IMG/VR virus record: IMGVR_UViG_3300028048_003162
DNA length: 57,812 nt
Source of the DNA: an uncultured virus (IMG/VR IMGVR_UViG_3300028048_003162)
Lineage: Duplodnaviria > Heunggongvirae > Uroviricota > Caudoviricetes
Reading direction: 5' to 3' (one strand)
This document shows positions 9,452 to 20,197 of the stretch, piece after piece. The first letter of the stretch is position 1. Each line of letters begins with the position of its first letter. The notes beneath the pieces are model-generated. The model saw only the letters and a list, made by a program, of their open reading frames with translations, had not been told where the DNA came from and did no database searches. Both the position numbers and the translations under genes were made by a program.

Positions 9452-12163
9452 ATGAAGATTTTTATTATTGCACAGATAGTAAATGGAAATGACATAGTAG
9501 GTTATAGGATGTTGGACGTAGATGATAAGAATAAGGTACTTGATATTCCTTTGAATAACCTAGTGCAAACACTTGGATCTCCTCAGGGAGAGGGACTTAT
9601 TAAAAATGCTAAACTTGTGAATGGAAAAGTGACAGGCACTAATGGTAGTTTATCACGTTATGCAAAAGTGGATGCAAACACTGGTAGATTAGTTGATGCA
9701 AGTCCTTTAGTTGTAATCAACAAGATTGAAGATGTAGGATACACAGTGGCTGACTTCAATGGCAGGGTAGTAAAAATGAAAAACTCTGATGTAGTTGACT
9801 ATGCAAAGAAAAATGGCATTGCTAATGGTAAGGTAGTCATTCAGGATGGAGTGGAGTTTATAAGTAGTATTTCAGATACATATGAGGTAAAAAAGATTAG
9901 TCCTAGCAAAGTTGGTAAGACAAGGACAATGGGGATGCCTATACATATAAGTAATAATAACAGCAGTATTGCTAAACACACCAGAGAAGATGTAGACACG
10001 GAGATTCAATACACAGACGTATTTGCAGCGATGACTGCAGAGCAGAGAAACACACTTAAGCAGTACTATTCATGGTATACAGTAGATGAATTTGAGAAGC
10101 TTGCACATAGTGTTAGACTTTCATTAGCACCTGGTAAGGCAGAGAAATTGGCTGCACTACGTGGAGTTGATGATTGGGTGTTTGCAGGAATAAATGATAG
10201 TTACCTTGAAAAGAGGTTTGATGCAAAGTGTGAATTAGGTCATAACTTAAGATATGAGTATTTTGCAATACCTGATGATAGTGCAACAGATAAGGATAGA
10301 CAAAGACATAGGGGTGAAAATTGGAAAGAAAGACTTAGTTCTTTTGATGCATTAAGAGAAAATGGTGCAATAGTGTTTGGTGAGAAATGCTCTGCTGATT
10401 TCTTCAATATCTCTACAGATGATATGAAAAAGCTTGTTAAAACACGTAAGAACATGACAGAAGAGATTGAACTTACATCTAATGTGATAACTAATCATTT
10501 GGAAAAAGAATACATGGAAAAATGTAAGTTATTATATAGCATTATTCAGGAACTTGGGTCAGCTAGTGAAGTGGTAAGAATCTTTGGAGATAAGGTGGGA
10601 TATACACTTCTAATGTTTATTAAGACAAATATACCTTTTGTAAAGAGTCTTGTGCTTTTAGCAGGGGAGAAGGCAAGAGAGAACAAGAAAGAATTATTCA
10701 AAGCATTGTATAAAAAGAATGCAGACCTGATTGATATAATATACAGTGGCGGTTTATCTAATGGGGCACGTCAGGAGAGTGCAGTGCTTGATCATATTGT
10801 AACATATTCTATTGAGGGTAAATATCAGTATGATCCTTTACACGACGAGGAAAGAACAAGAAGAGACATAGGTAAATATAATGAAGAGACACGTAATGAA
10901 AGGAGAACAGAGAATGCATTCTTCTTTAGTAGATCATTGATTAGGGATGATGAGTCATTAGAGGAAATTCAGGGATACTTAGCAACATTGGATATGATGT
11001 ACACTATATTTGGTGCAAGTGATCATTATATTAGAAGTAGGGCAGAGGATGTTGAATGTAAGTATCCTGCTAGTAATACTAGCAGAAGAGGAAGTAGGTA
11101 CTTACCTTTGCAATATTTCTTAAATGATATGTATACATGGGTAATCTATAATACAGACAGGACAGATGTGAATAGTCTTACAGATTATTCAGCAGTCATT
11201 AGTAGTTTATCTGTTACAAATAGGTATTCACGCAGACCTGACTATAAAAACTTAATACCTGAAAGTAGAATGGGTAGAGACTATAATACTGTATTGGAAC
11301 TTAAGGAAGTAGTTGAGACAGCACTAGGTAATAGCAGTGACATTAACACACTTGTAGTAAATACAGTAGGAAAATATATAGATGCAATTTCAGCAGATGA
11401 AAGGGCAAAGAGAGAAGAAAGACTTAACAAGATAAGTTATTGTGTAGCACTGCTAAATGATGATACAGGCAATAGAGTATTATTTGAGGCAGACAAGGAT
11501 ACAAAGTTAGCATTGCAGAATAATCAGAGTCATATGGTGAATACAATTGGACATGAAGAAATGAATGTGCAAGACTTTAAGAGTGTAGAATTCATCAGTA
11601 CTTTTGAATATAATGCATATAAAATAAGAATGTCTGGTTTAATGAATGAGCCTGTTGTAAAAGAGAGTAGGACAACAGCTAAACGGGCTGATGCATATTT
11701 AAGTGAGAATGGTACAGATGGGGATAAAGCAGATGCAGGTACTAAAGATAAGGTTCAGCTTGTAAAAGAGTTATTAGATCAATACAAAGGAGATATGGAC
11801 TATGGTTTAATGACTGCACAGAACATTGCAAGTAGAGGAATTGCATATGATAAATTATCTGACAAGCAGAGATGGAGAATAGATAAAACATATGAAATAT
11901 TAACTGATACAAGTTCGAATGGGCAGAGTACACAGGTAAATGAAGAGAGTAGCAATAAGAATTTGTTGAAAGATCATCATGATGTTTCAGAGAAGATTGA
12001 AAAATTGTTAGAGATCAGGGTTAATGGAGATATGGATGCACTGGCTAAAATCAATACAGCATCAAGAATTGTTTATAATATCATTCAAACTGTTGAAAGA
12101 ACAGGTGAATATTCAGATAAACAGTTGAAACATATTGAAAAAGCATATGAGGTAATTAAATAA
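9452..12163 (+). CDS. Large protein: shared N-terminal module, putative Zn site, C-terminal SDKQ helical repeats
   Basis: GTNGSLSRY/GIANGKVV module; CELGH...GEKC; LSDKQRWRIDKTYEIL and YSDKQLKHIEKAYEVI. Confidence 0.75.
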   Translation: MKIFIIAQIVNGNDIVGYRMLDVDDKNKVLDIPLNNLVQTLGSPQGEGLIKNAKLVNGKVTGTNGSLSRYAKVDANTGRLVDASPLVVINKIEDVGYTVADFNGRVVKMKNSDVVDYAKKNGIANGKVVIQDGVEFISSISDTYEVKKISPSKVGKTRTMGMPIHISNNNSSIAKHTREDVDTEIQYTDVFAAMTAEQRNTLKQYYSWYTVDEFEKLAHSVRLSLAPGKAEKLAALRGVDDWVFAGINDSYLEKRFDAKCELGHNLRYEYFAIPDDSATDKDRQRHRGENWKERLSSFDALRENGAIVFGEKCSADFFNISTDDMKKLVKTRKNMTEEIELTSNVITNHLEKEYMEKCKLLYSIIQELGSASEVVRIFGDKVGYTLLMFIKTNIPFVKSLVLLAGEKARENKKELFKALYKKNADLIDIIYSGGLSNGARQESAVLDHIVTYSIEGKYQYDPLHDEERTRRDIGKYNEETRNERRTENAFFFSRSLIRDDESLEEIQGYLATLDMMYTIFGASDHYIRSRAEDVECKYPASNTSRRGSRYLPLQYFLNDMYTWVIYNTDRTDVNSLTDYSAVISSLSVTNRYSRRPDYKNLIPESRMGRDYNTVLELKEVVETALGNSSDINTLVVNTVGKYIDAISADERAKREERLNKISYCVALLNDDTGNRVLFEADKDTKLALQNNQSHMVNTIGHEEMNVQDFKSVEFISTFEYNAYKIRMSGLMNEPVVKESRTTAKRADAYLSENGTDGDKADAGTKDKVQLVKELLDQYKGDMDYGLMTAQNIASRGIAYDKLSDKQRWRIDKTYEILTDTSSNGQSTQVNEESSNKNLLKDHHDVSEKIEKLLEIRVNGDMDALAKINTASRIVYNIIQTVERTGEYSDKQLKHIEKAYEVIK

Positions 12164-12193
12164 CATATATAAAGGAAAGGAGGTGCATCTAAA

Positions 12194-14482
12194 TTGAAAA
12201 TACATCTTATTGGAGTGCATTATGGAAATAATAGCAAGGCAGACATTACAGGATTTAGACTTTTAGATTCCGATAGTGGACAAGTAATGGATCAGACATA
12301 TCAAGCAGTTTATAGTGTATTAACACAGGGAAAAGTGGAAATACAAGGCATTAAATTAGACAGACATAAAGGTTTAGTTGGAAGCAATGGAGCCTTTAGT
12401 AGATATCCTTCATTTGTAGTTGGAAAGACAGCAGGACAGTCTATAATAATTATAGGCAGTTATGATAATGTTGGTTACAAGATTGCAAACTGTAATGGAC
12501 AGATGGTTGATATTAAGTCAGAGGATTTAATTAGAAAGCTACTGGGTAAAGAGTGTAAGATCGCTAATGGTAAGGTAGTAGACAAGGATGGTTTACAGTT
12601 TATTTCTGCAATAAGTGGCAGTTATGACAATTTGGGTACACCTAAAATCAAGAGACAACCAGTTAAACAGAAAAGTGCACAGGCCGAAAGAAAACCTGTG
12701 CAGGTTGAAAAGAAGCAGGTACAACATCAAAAGAAACAGGTGCAGGCTGAAAAAGAGGATAAGTCAGTTAATAATAAAATAGACATTAGTGATAATGAAA
12801 AGAGACATGCAGCTATGACTACAATACTTAGAAATCACAGGTTTGTATCAGAGTTAAGTGATGCTGAATCCCTGATGAAAACTGTAGATCCTAATACAGG
12901 AATGACAGTAGAAGAAAAAATGAATTACGCACAGGTTGCATTGAGGACATTGAAACCTTTTTATTACTCATTGTATTCAGGCTTCAATAAAAAAGAATCA
13001 GACAGGAAGCATGGAGTGAAAACACTTGGTGTAACACTAAATACATTGTATTTCAATTCAGAGTTTGTACTCAAATTACCTTTGGAAGAGCTGGTGTTTA
13101 CAATAATTCATGAGTTATCTCATGTGGCTATGAGACATAGATCACGTGAGGGTAAGAGAGATCATAAGAAGTTTAATTATGCATGTGACTATTACATCAA
13201 TAGAGAAATTGCTTTAGACTTTAATTTAGAGCCTGGGGTACCTGTAAAAGCAATTAGTGCAGTGGAAAGAGAGAAGATGACATCTGAACAAATAATGGGT
13301 GAACTTGGAAATAAGAATAGATACACAATAAAGTTACCTACTTGGGTTTTGTACAATCCTGACGTTGACATAGAAAAGGATACACCTGAAAGTATATATG
13401 ATGAGATTGAGAATCCTCCAGAGGATCCTAATCAAAGCAATGGGAACAGTGATAATAGTAAGGATAGCAATGATGACAATGATGATTCATCAGACAACAG
13501 CTCGAATAATGATTCAGACAATGGAGACAATGAGTCATCAGAGGGTGGAGATGCTGAGCAGGATGGAAATGCTGAGTCATCAGAGGATGAAGATGCTGAG
13601 CAGGATAGCAGTGATAGCAGCACTGGTTCAGGAGATAAAGACAGTGAGGATGGAGACAGCAATGATAAAGAGGGTGGCTCTGGTGATTTAGGTGATGAGG
13701 ATAACGGAGATAAAGTAACTTTCAGAGGGACAACACAGAGTGCTCCTGAAGACGACATGGTTGATGATGAAGAGACAGCAGGTATGTCAGATGAGACCAT
13801 AGAGCAGAAAGAGAAAGGCGTACTTAAGGCAGCAATACAAAGACATAAATTATCTGGTCATAACTTTGGTGGAGAGAGTGGGGATTGGATCGAACGTTAT
13901 GTAGAAAAGTCATTAGCACCTAAAGTAAACTGGGTAGCTCTGGTAAGAAACTATTTAACAGTGTCTCAACAAAAGACAATGTCTTATTCATCACCTGACA
14001 GGAGATTCTTGTCACGTAATAAGATATTTCCTGGTCCTAGGAAAATAGAACCTGATACATTAGGAGATGTTAAGTTCTGCATTGATACAAGTGGTTCTAT
14101 TTCAGATACAGATTTAGGTGTGGTATTTAATCAAATGCAGCAACTACTTAGAAAGTTTAATGCTAAGGCAGAGGTAATTTACTGGGATACACAGATAAGG
14201 TCAATTCAACCTTTTGAAAATATAAGGGAACTTGTAAAAACTAAACCTGTTGGAGGTGGAGGCACTGATGCAAATTGTATCTTCAGGTATTTTGAAGAAG
14301 ATAAGCAGTATAGATTAAGAATGAGACCTCAACCTACCTTAATTGTCATATTTACTGATGGTTATATACCTCAGGTTGATATGAAGCATAAGAAATATAG
14401 AAATACAATATGGGTTGTAAATGGAAACAACTATGAAAGGTTTGATGCACCTTTTGGAAAGAAAGCAAAGCTTAAACCATAG
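12194..14482 (+). CDS. Shared N-terminal module + DUF2201-like HExxH metallopeptidase + acidic linker + vWA domain
   Basis: IHELSHVAMRH, NYACDYYIN; IDTSGSI, GGGTD, IFTDG (MIDAS). Confidence 0.88.
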   Translation: MKIHLIGVHYGNNSKADITGFRLLDSDSGQVMDQTYQAVYSVLTQGKVEIQGIKLDRHKGLVGSNGAFSRYPSFVVGKTAGQSIIIIGSYDNVGYKIANCNGQMVDIKSEDLIRKLLGKECKIANGKVVDKDGLQFISAISGSYDNLGTPKIKRQPVKQKSAQAERKPVQVEKKQVQHQKKQVQAEKEDKSVNNKIDISDNEKRHAAMTTILRNHRFVSELSDAESLMKTVDPNTGMTVEEKMNYAQVALRTLKPFYYSLYSGFNKKESDRKHGVKTLGVTLNTLYFNSEFVLKLPLEELVFTIIHELSHVAMRHRSREGKRDHKKFNYACDYYINREIALDFNLEPGVPVKAISAVEREKMTSEQIMGELGNKNRYTIKLPTWVLYNPDVDIEKDTPESIYDEIENPPEDPNQSNGNSDNSKDSNDDNDDSSDNSSNNDSDNGDNESSEGGDAEQDGNAESSEDEDAEQDSSDSSTGSGDKDSEDGDSNDKEGGSGDLGDEDNGDKVTFRGTTQSAPEDDMVDDEETAGMSDETIEQKEKGVLKAAIQRHKLSGHNFGGESGDWIERYVEKSLAPKVNWVALVRNYLTVSQQKTMSYSSPDRRFLSRNKIFPGPRKIEPDTLGDVKFCIDTSGSISDTDLGVVFNQMQQLLRKFNAKAEVIYWDTQIRSIQPFENIRELVKTKPVGGGGTDANCIFRYFEEDKQYRLRMRPQPTLIVIFTDGYIPQVDMKHKKYRNTIWVVNGNNYERFDAPFGKKAKLKP

Positions 14483-14541
14483 CATGTATAACATATTATA
14501 ATAATTTTTATTATAAAATTTTTGATTGGAGGTAGTAACAG

Positions 14542-15723
14542 ATGGGTAACGACGAACTTGAATTACAAGCCGAGACCATGAATATGATGGCAATAAACAT
14601 TAAACAGTTCACTGATGAAATCAGGATGGACATGGAAGATGGAAACTATGACCCTATTATTGGTTTAGGTAAGTCAGGTATTGGAAAGACAGTGTCTATT
14701 GCAGAATTAGCACAGGAACTTGGAATTGGCTATAAGGAAATCAGATTAGTTGCAATGCAGGAGCAGGACTTACTTGGTGTTCCTGAGGTATATGATCATA
14801 GAACTTCATATGCAGCTAACACACTATTACCTGATGCTAGCAGAGATGGAGAAGTTGGACTTCTGGTGTTTGATGAAATTACATCCTGTTCACAGACATT
14901 AAGAGCAGCAGCTTATCAGTTGTTAGATAGTCAGAGGTCAGTAGGAAATTATCACTTGCCTGAAAAGTGGAAAGTAATTGCACTTGGAAATGGTTTAGGT
15001 GATGGGGGTGTGTTTACTGGCATGGAGTCAGCATTTCTATCACGTGCAACTTGTTTTAGGGTTGACGTTAACTTTAACGTTTGGAAAAATTGGGCAACAG
15101 CTCATGATGTGAATAAGACAGTAGTTGCTTTCTTGGAAAACAATAAGGAATTGATTCACAAGATGAATCCTGACGACATTGCAACAATATTCCCTTGTCC
15201 TAGAAGTTGGACAGCATTGAGTAAAAAGTTAAATGCAAGAGAGAAAAGAGCAAGCAATGGGATTCTAAGTCCTGAGCAGGTTGAAATTTATGCAGCTGGG
15301 GCAATTGGTAGCGATGTTGCATCAAGTTTTGCTGCTTTCTACGCTTATAACAGGGATGTACTTTCTGTAGATGATATTCTGGCAGGTAGAGTAAAAGCTA
15401 AAGACATGCAGGGAATTGAACAGCAGGCTATGTATATTACAATCAGAGAGGTTGTAAGTGAATGCAAGAAAATTCTTGAGCAGGGCAATACAGGTTTAGG
15501 TGAGTTTACAGATGATGCAATTAAGACAACAATCAATATCATCAGATGGATTGGTGAGGCATGCAACGTAAGACTCGACTATGCAACAGTGGCATTGAAT
15601 GATATGATGCAGGGCATTCCTCAATTTAGAGACTTGGTATTAGTAAATGAGGACTTTAGTTTAGACTGTCCTGAATTTACAGCACTCATGGATAAATTGA
15701 ATTTATCATTTACAGCAAGATAA
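14542..15723 (+). CDS. MoxR-type AAA+ ATPase (DUF2201/vWA partner)
   Basis: GKSGIGKT Walker A, LVFDEI Walker B, DLLGVP, ALGN, LSR, PCPRSW. Confidence 0.9.
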   Translation: MGNDELELQAETMNMMAINIKQFTDEIRMDMEDGNYDPIIGLGKSGIGKTVSIAELAQELGIGYKEIRLVAMQEQDLLGVPEVYDHRTSYAANTLLPDASRDGEVGLLVFDEITSCSQTLRAAAYQLLDSQRSVGNYHLPEKWKVIALGNGLGDGGVFTGMESAFLSRATCFRVDVNFNVWKNWATAHDVNKTVVAFLENNKELIHKMNPDDIATIFPCPRSWTALSKKLNAREKRASNGILSPEQVEIYAAGAIGSDVASSFAAFYAYNRDVLSVDDILAGRVKAKDMQGIEQQAMYITIREVVSECKKILEQGNTGLGEFTDDAIKTTINIIRWIGEACNVRLDYATVALNDMMQGIPQFRDLVLVNEDFSLDCPEFTALMDKLNLSFTAR

Positions 15724-15771
15724 TCATACAGTGGGAAATAGAAATAAAGTATTAAAATAGGAGGAAGCAAC

Positions 15772-16770
15772 ATGGCAGTAAAGAGATTTGGTGCAGTGGT
15801 AGGTATTGAAGAGAATAAAGAAAATAAGGTATACAGAGTTGTAATTGCACAGTACAATCAAAATGCTGATGGACAGACAGATTGGCAGTTCAGTTGTAGG
15901 AAAATGACTGAATCAGAATTATTTGGTACATTGACAAATGGAGCACAGTACATAAATGTTTCATTGGGTGGCTCTGGTAAAATTGAGTGGAAGTCAGGTG
16001 CAGCTAGTAGGTTTAACAGCAATAAAAGGCATAGACCTTATGTAATTATTTCACAGATCTTAAATAATGATGATAAGATCATAGGTTTTAAGGTTGCAGA
16101 CTTTGATGGAAATGTAAAAAACATTAAAGCAAAAGAGATGATTGCATATGGTTACAGAATGACAAAGTTTGGAGACACACCTGTTCAAAATGCAATGTTT
16201 GTTCCATCTGATGAAAAGACAGGTAAGAAAGCTTTCTACAAGGCTTATCCAGGTAGTAAACTTTTTAAGGAAAAACTGGTCGTTAATAAAAATAAATACA
16301 ACAAGCAGGCTAAGAAACCTGACATCAATAAAAATAAAGAGTCACTTAGTAAATTGGAGCAGATATACACTCCTGAACAAATTAAGCAGTTGAAAGAGGG
16401 TAAAGCACAGGGAGTTGACATTAAGATCTATGCAAATCCTGCTTTATCAGCAGAGCAAATGAAATGGCTTAAGTTTGGTTTAACTAAAGGTGCTGATGTA
16501 AGATGTATTGCATTTCCTGAATTTAAGTTAGAAGCAATGCAGTATTATGTATGCGAGTTAATTGATGGAATGGACATTAAGAAGTATTTAAACACAGAAT
16601 ACAATGCTGAACAGATTGCAGAATTGAGTTTAGCAGTTGAGGAGGGATTGGACATTAGTAATATGGCTAATCCTAAGAATTCAGCTTCTGACATGGCTGA
16701 GATAAGAGAGAGATTAGAGTATAACATTTGGAATGATATGTTAGTCACTAAGGATGGAAGTTGGAAGTAG
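15772..16770 (+). CDS. Divergent shared N-terminal module + ~26-aa helical repeats
   Basis: YVIISQILNNDDKIIGFKVADFDGNV; repeats of type EQI..L..G...GVDI..YANP..SAEQM. Confidence 0.75.
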   Translation: MAVKRFGAVVGIEENKENKVYRVVIAQYNQNADGQTDWQFSCRKMTESELFGTLTNGAQYINVSLGGSGKIEWKSGAASRFNSNKRHRPYVIISQILNNDDKIIGFKVADFDGNVKNIKAKEMIAYGYRMTKFGDTPVQNAMFVPSDEKTGKKAFYKAYPGSKLFKEKLVVNKNKYNKQAKKPDINKNKESLSKLEQIYTPEQIKQLKEGKAQGVDIKIYANPALSAEQMKWLKFGLTKGADVRCIAFPEFKLEAMQYYVCELIDGMDIKKYLNTEYNAEQIAELSLAVEEGLDISNMANPKNSASDMAEIRERLEYNIWNDMLVTKDGSWK

Positions 16771-16773
16771 TTT

Positions 16774-17267
16774 ATGAGTGTGGATGGCAGTATTAAATTA
16801 AAGGACACTAAAAATAAATACATCTTCTGGGATATTGATGGAACTTTAGCACCTTATAGGTTTAATGATCATGTAGGAGATCCTGATGGCACAGAGAATG
16901 GAATGAGCATTGAGGAAATAAATGAGCATGTATTTTTGTATAGGGATCCATCAAGACATATGCAAAGGTATTAAAAGAGTGCATGGCTAAAGAAAATATA
17001 GTCATGGGGCATTGTCAGATAAGACAGGAGCTAGAGGATAAGCAGGTATGGTTGGATAGGCATTATCCTGAAATTGTGGAACGTCTGCTAGTATATGAGA
17101 GTCATTCAAAAGCAGATACAATAATTGAGTACTGTAAAGAGAAAGGCATTGAGTTAAAAGATGTGGTGTTTGTAGATGATGTGATACCTTTCTTAAGAGA
17201 GGCAGAGAGAAAAGGAATAAAGTCATATCACATAAGCAGTTTTCTTGATTGGGATTTACAGTGGTAA
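16774..17267 (+). pseudogene. HAD-superfamily hydrolase interrupted by a -1 frameshift near 16965
   Basis: FWDIDGTL in the first ORF, K and FVDD in the second; one extra A in CAAAGG restores MQKVLKECMAKEN. Confidence 0.7.
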
Positions 17268-17286
17268 AATTAAGAGTCATTAGGTT

Positions 17287-17322
17287 TAGGGTGTACTTAA
17301 AAAAGTACACCCTATTTTATTG
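17287..17322 (+). terminator. Intrinsic terminator
   Basis: TAGGGTGTACT/AGTACACCCTA + TTTTATT. Confidence 0.8.
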
Positions 17323-17346
17323 CTTTACAGAAATTTTCAAAAATTA

Positions 17347-17375
17347 TTGACAAAATAATTTGTCTAGGGTATAAT
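17347..17375 (+). promoter_or_regulatory. Sigma-A type promoter
   Basis: TTGACA-N17-TATAAT. Confidence 0.75.
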
Positions 17376-17493
17376 GATATTAAGAATTAAGAGAAAGGCA
17401 GAACTGGCATGAGTAAGGTTGAGGACTTCGCTTAAACTGATTGCAGGTACTTGGTTTAGAAAATGTTAGGATCTGTACAAGGAGGAATAAATC

Positions 17494-17706
17494 ATGTATA
17501 TTTTACAGAATGGACAGTTTAGTACATTTGTACTTGGTAGTGTTGGAGGTAAAGCAATCAATGCAAATGTACTGGCATCTGAAAAGGAAGTCAAGAAATT
17601 AGTGGAGCAGTCTGCAAGAAATAATGAATCATTACAGACAACTTTACGTCTTAACAGAGTAGACTATGTACCTGTAAATGAAAGAGAGGTTGCAGTATGT
17701 TTATAA
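17494..17706 (+). CDS. Hypothetical protein
   Basis: AAGGAGG RBS, 70 aa. Confidence 0.65.
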   Translation: MYILQNGQFSTFVLGSVGGKAINANVLASEKEVKKLVEQSARNNESLQTTLRLNRVDYVPVNEREVAVCL

Positions 17707-18314
17707 ATATGGGTGATGGAACTTCATATGACTCTGATGAAATGTCTGACTTTGCATATCATTATGCGAGAAGTGCCCTGGATATTGATAGAATAGACCT
17801 GGCAAGAAGGATTACACGTTTATACTTTGATGGTGCAGATGATGAGTACATTGCAGAAGCAATGAGGAGCAATGGAGATTTTCATGTACTCATTAACGAA
17901 TATGAGTTTAGACATGCACTTGAAGAGGCTCATAATAAGAGACTAAGAAAAGAGATCAGTAGTGGACTAGGCAAGGTGATCAGAGATAAAGTTAGTGACA
18001 TTCTTAAAAAAGAGATGTCTAACAAAAGGTTTGAAGTACGTACTTTTGGTGCTATTGGAATTTGCATTAAAGTTTATGAGAGCGGACATGAAATATGTGC
18101 AATGTCAGTCTATAATCTGCTTGGAACATGCAATAAATTAGAGTATGGCTTTGAAGCTTTTGGTAAGATTCAGGATAGAGATAATATCATTAAGATTGAT
18201 CCTAAGAAAAATGCAAATGAGCAAAGAGAAAACATTGTTAAACACCTTGCAAGTGAGTTTGGGCAGTTTGTGCAAGCAGTAGAGGAAGTTAGAGAAGAAA
18301 TGGCAGTGGATTAA
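17697..18314 (+). CDS. Hypothetical protein
   Basis: GAGG RBS, overlaps the upstream ORF, 205 aa. Confidence 0.7.
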   Translation: MFINMGDGTSYDSDEMSDFAYHYARSALDIDRIDLARRITRLYFDGADDEYIAEAMRSNGDFHVLINEYEFRHALEEAHNKRLRKEISSGLGKVIRDKVSDILKKEMSNKRFEVRTFGAIGICIKVYESGHEICAMSVYNLLGTCNKLEYGFEAFGKIQDRDNIIKIDPKKNANEQRENIVKHLASEFGQFVQAVEEVREEMAVD

Positions 18315-18323
18315 GGAGATAAC

Positions 18324-18776
18324 ATGGGACAGAAAAAGCTTAACGTTCAGAATAAGAAAGCATATCATGACTATTTTGTAGAGGACAAATTAGAGTGTGG
18401 TATTGCACTTAAGGGAAATGAGGTAAAGAGCATAGTAAGTGGTAAGGCATCCATTAAAGAGGCATGGGTAGACATTGTGAATGGTGAACTTGTGTTGAAA
18501 CAGATGCATGTCACACCTTGGGATACATCAAATGGTTTCGATGTGGACGAGTTGAGAGCAAGAAAGCTGCTTGCTCATAAGAAAGAGATCAGAGAATTTG
18601 ATCAGAAAGTACAGAGAGATGGATACACACTCATTCCTTTAAGTGTGTACAGCAGTCATGGAAAGATCAAAGTCAGTGTTGGTTTGTGTAAGGGCAAGCA
18701 CGATTATGACAAGAGAAATTCTCTGAAAGATAAGCAGGTCAAAAGAGACATTGCAAGAGAATTGAAAAACAGATAG
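18324..18776 (+). CDS. smpB: SsrA-binding protein SmpB
   Basis: NKKAYHDYF, ECGIALKGNEVKS, RKLLAHKKEI, GYTLIPLSVY, KGKHDYDKR. Confidence 0.97.
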   Translation: MGQKKLNVQNKKAYHDYFVEDKLECGIALKGNEVKSIVSGKASIKEAWVDIVNGELVLKQMHVTPWDTSNGFDVDELRARKLLAHKKEIREFDQKVQRDGYTLIPLSVYSSHGKIKVSVGLCKGKHDYDKRNSLKDKQVKRDIARELKNR

Positions 18777-18907
18777 AAAGAAGGTGGATACATTGAATAT
18801 TGTAGATGGACAAGTACTTATTTAGAAGTACTTGTTTATTTGCGCTGGTCTTTATAATCGACTTTATAATTATAAGAAATAAAATTTATTTTTTATATTA
18901 GGAGGTT

Positions 18908-19111
18908 GTGAGGACAGTGAGTAAAATTAGAGTTGACATTGAAGACTTAGTTGGTCACCTTAATGAGATGTTAGAGGATGATTATATAACTGCTGAATTA
19001 CATATTGAGGAGGATATGTACAGTAGTGAACTAAGAGTTTGTGCAGTGGGTATTGATGACGAGGCACCTGTAGACTACGGTACATTGTCTGAAGTAAGTG
19101 ATGAGCTTTAA
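18908..19111 (+). CDS. Small acidic hypothetical protein
   Basis: AGGAGG RBS; GTG start (18908 or 18917). Confidence 0.6.
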   Translation: MRTVSKIRVDIEDLVGHLNEMLEDDYITAELHIEEDMYSSELRVCAVGIDDEAPVDYGTLSEVSDEL

Positions 19112-19310
19112 TCTAATATTTACTCTTAATCTGATAAATGAAAGATAAAGTGCATATTTTAAATAGTGCATATCACAAAAGATTAAGGGAATTTAAAGAA
19201 ATTTGATGTACATTCAAAATTAAAAGCTTAGCATGTGCGAGTGCATGTGGTGATAGGCATATGATTTTGAAAAGTAAAAATTTTTAGTAGAGGATTGGAG
19301 CATTTGAGTA

Positions 19311-20144
19311 ATGAAAGAACTTCAGAAATTGACTGATATGCTCGGGCTAGAAATAATAGTACACTCTGTTGTGTACATATGTATTGCATTTGTACTTGTC
19401 AAACTTGTCAATAAGGCATTTGATAAAGATAAGGTTGCAAATATGATACATATGAAATTCATTAAAAATGCACTTGTGACAATTATATGGGTCATTGCAG
19501 GTTGTACAGTAGCAGGGCAATTTAGCGGAGTCAGTAAGTTAGCAAGTACAATACTTGCTGGTTCAGGTATATTAGCAGCTATAATTGGTTTAGCTGCACA
19601 GGAATCCTTTTCAAATATATTCAGTGGGCTGTTTATTTCTATATTCAAACCATTCAATATTGGTGATAGAATCAGTATTGTTGGGGATAGTACAGCAGGG
19701 TTTGTTGAGGATATAACTCTTAGACATACAATAATTAGGACTTACACTAATGTGAGTGTGATTATACCTAATTCAATTATTGCATCTTCTAAGATTGAGA
19801 ATAGTACATATACTAAAGGGTGTTCATACCCGATAGAAGTGGATATTGCATATGAGGATAAAGAAAAGCGTCATAGAGCAATGGAGATCATGGAAGAAGT
19901 TGTGATCAATCATCCTAAGTTTTATGATATGCGGAGTGATGAGGCTAAGGTACTTGGTGTTAAACCTGCTCAAGCATTATGTACTGAGCTTGGAGATAGT
20001 GGAATACATATGAAAATTCTTATGTGGACAGAGGAGTTTAGTGATAATGCAGAGGCTTGTAGTGAATGTCGTATGAAAATACTTGATAGACTTGAGGAAG
20101 AAGGAATAGAGATTCCATATAACAAGATTGAACTTATTAAGTAG
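19311..20144 (+). CDS. mscS: MscS-family mechanosensitive channel
   Basis: Three TM segments; GLAAQESFSNIFSG, KPFNIGDRI, VEDITLRHT, IIPNS, GIEIPY. Confidence 0.92.
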   Translation: MKELQKLTDMLGLEIIVHSVVYICIAFVLVKLVNKAFDKDKVANMIHMKFIKNALVTIIWVIAGCTVAGQFSGVSKLASTILAGSGILAAIIGLAAQESFSNIFSGLFISIFKPFNIGDRISIVGDSTAGFVEDITLRHTIIRTYTNVSVIIPNSIIASSKIENSTYTKGCSYPIEVDIAYEDKEKRHRAMEIMEEVVINHPKFYDMRSDEAKVLGVKPAQALCTELGDSGIHMKILMWTEEFSDNAEACSECRMKILDRLEEEGIEIPYNKIELIK

Positions 20145-20197
20145 CAGTTAGATATAATAAGGGTATTTATTATTAAATTAAAAAGGATGGTATAAAA

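Noticed and set aside
13400..13790. DNA repeat element in the D/S/N-rich stretch
   Set aside because: It is the acidic low-complexity linker typical of DUF2201-vWA proteins (local GATGCTGAGCAGGAT duplication only)
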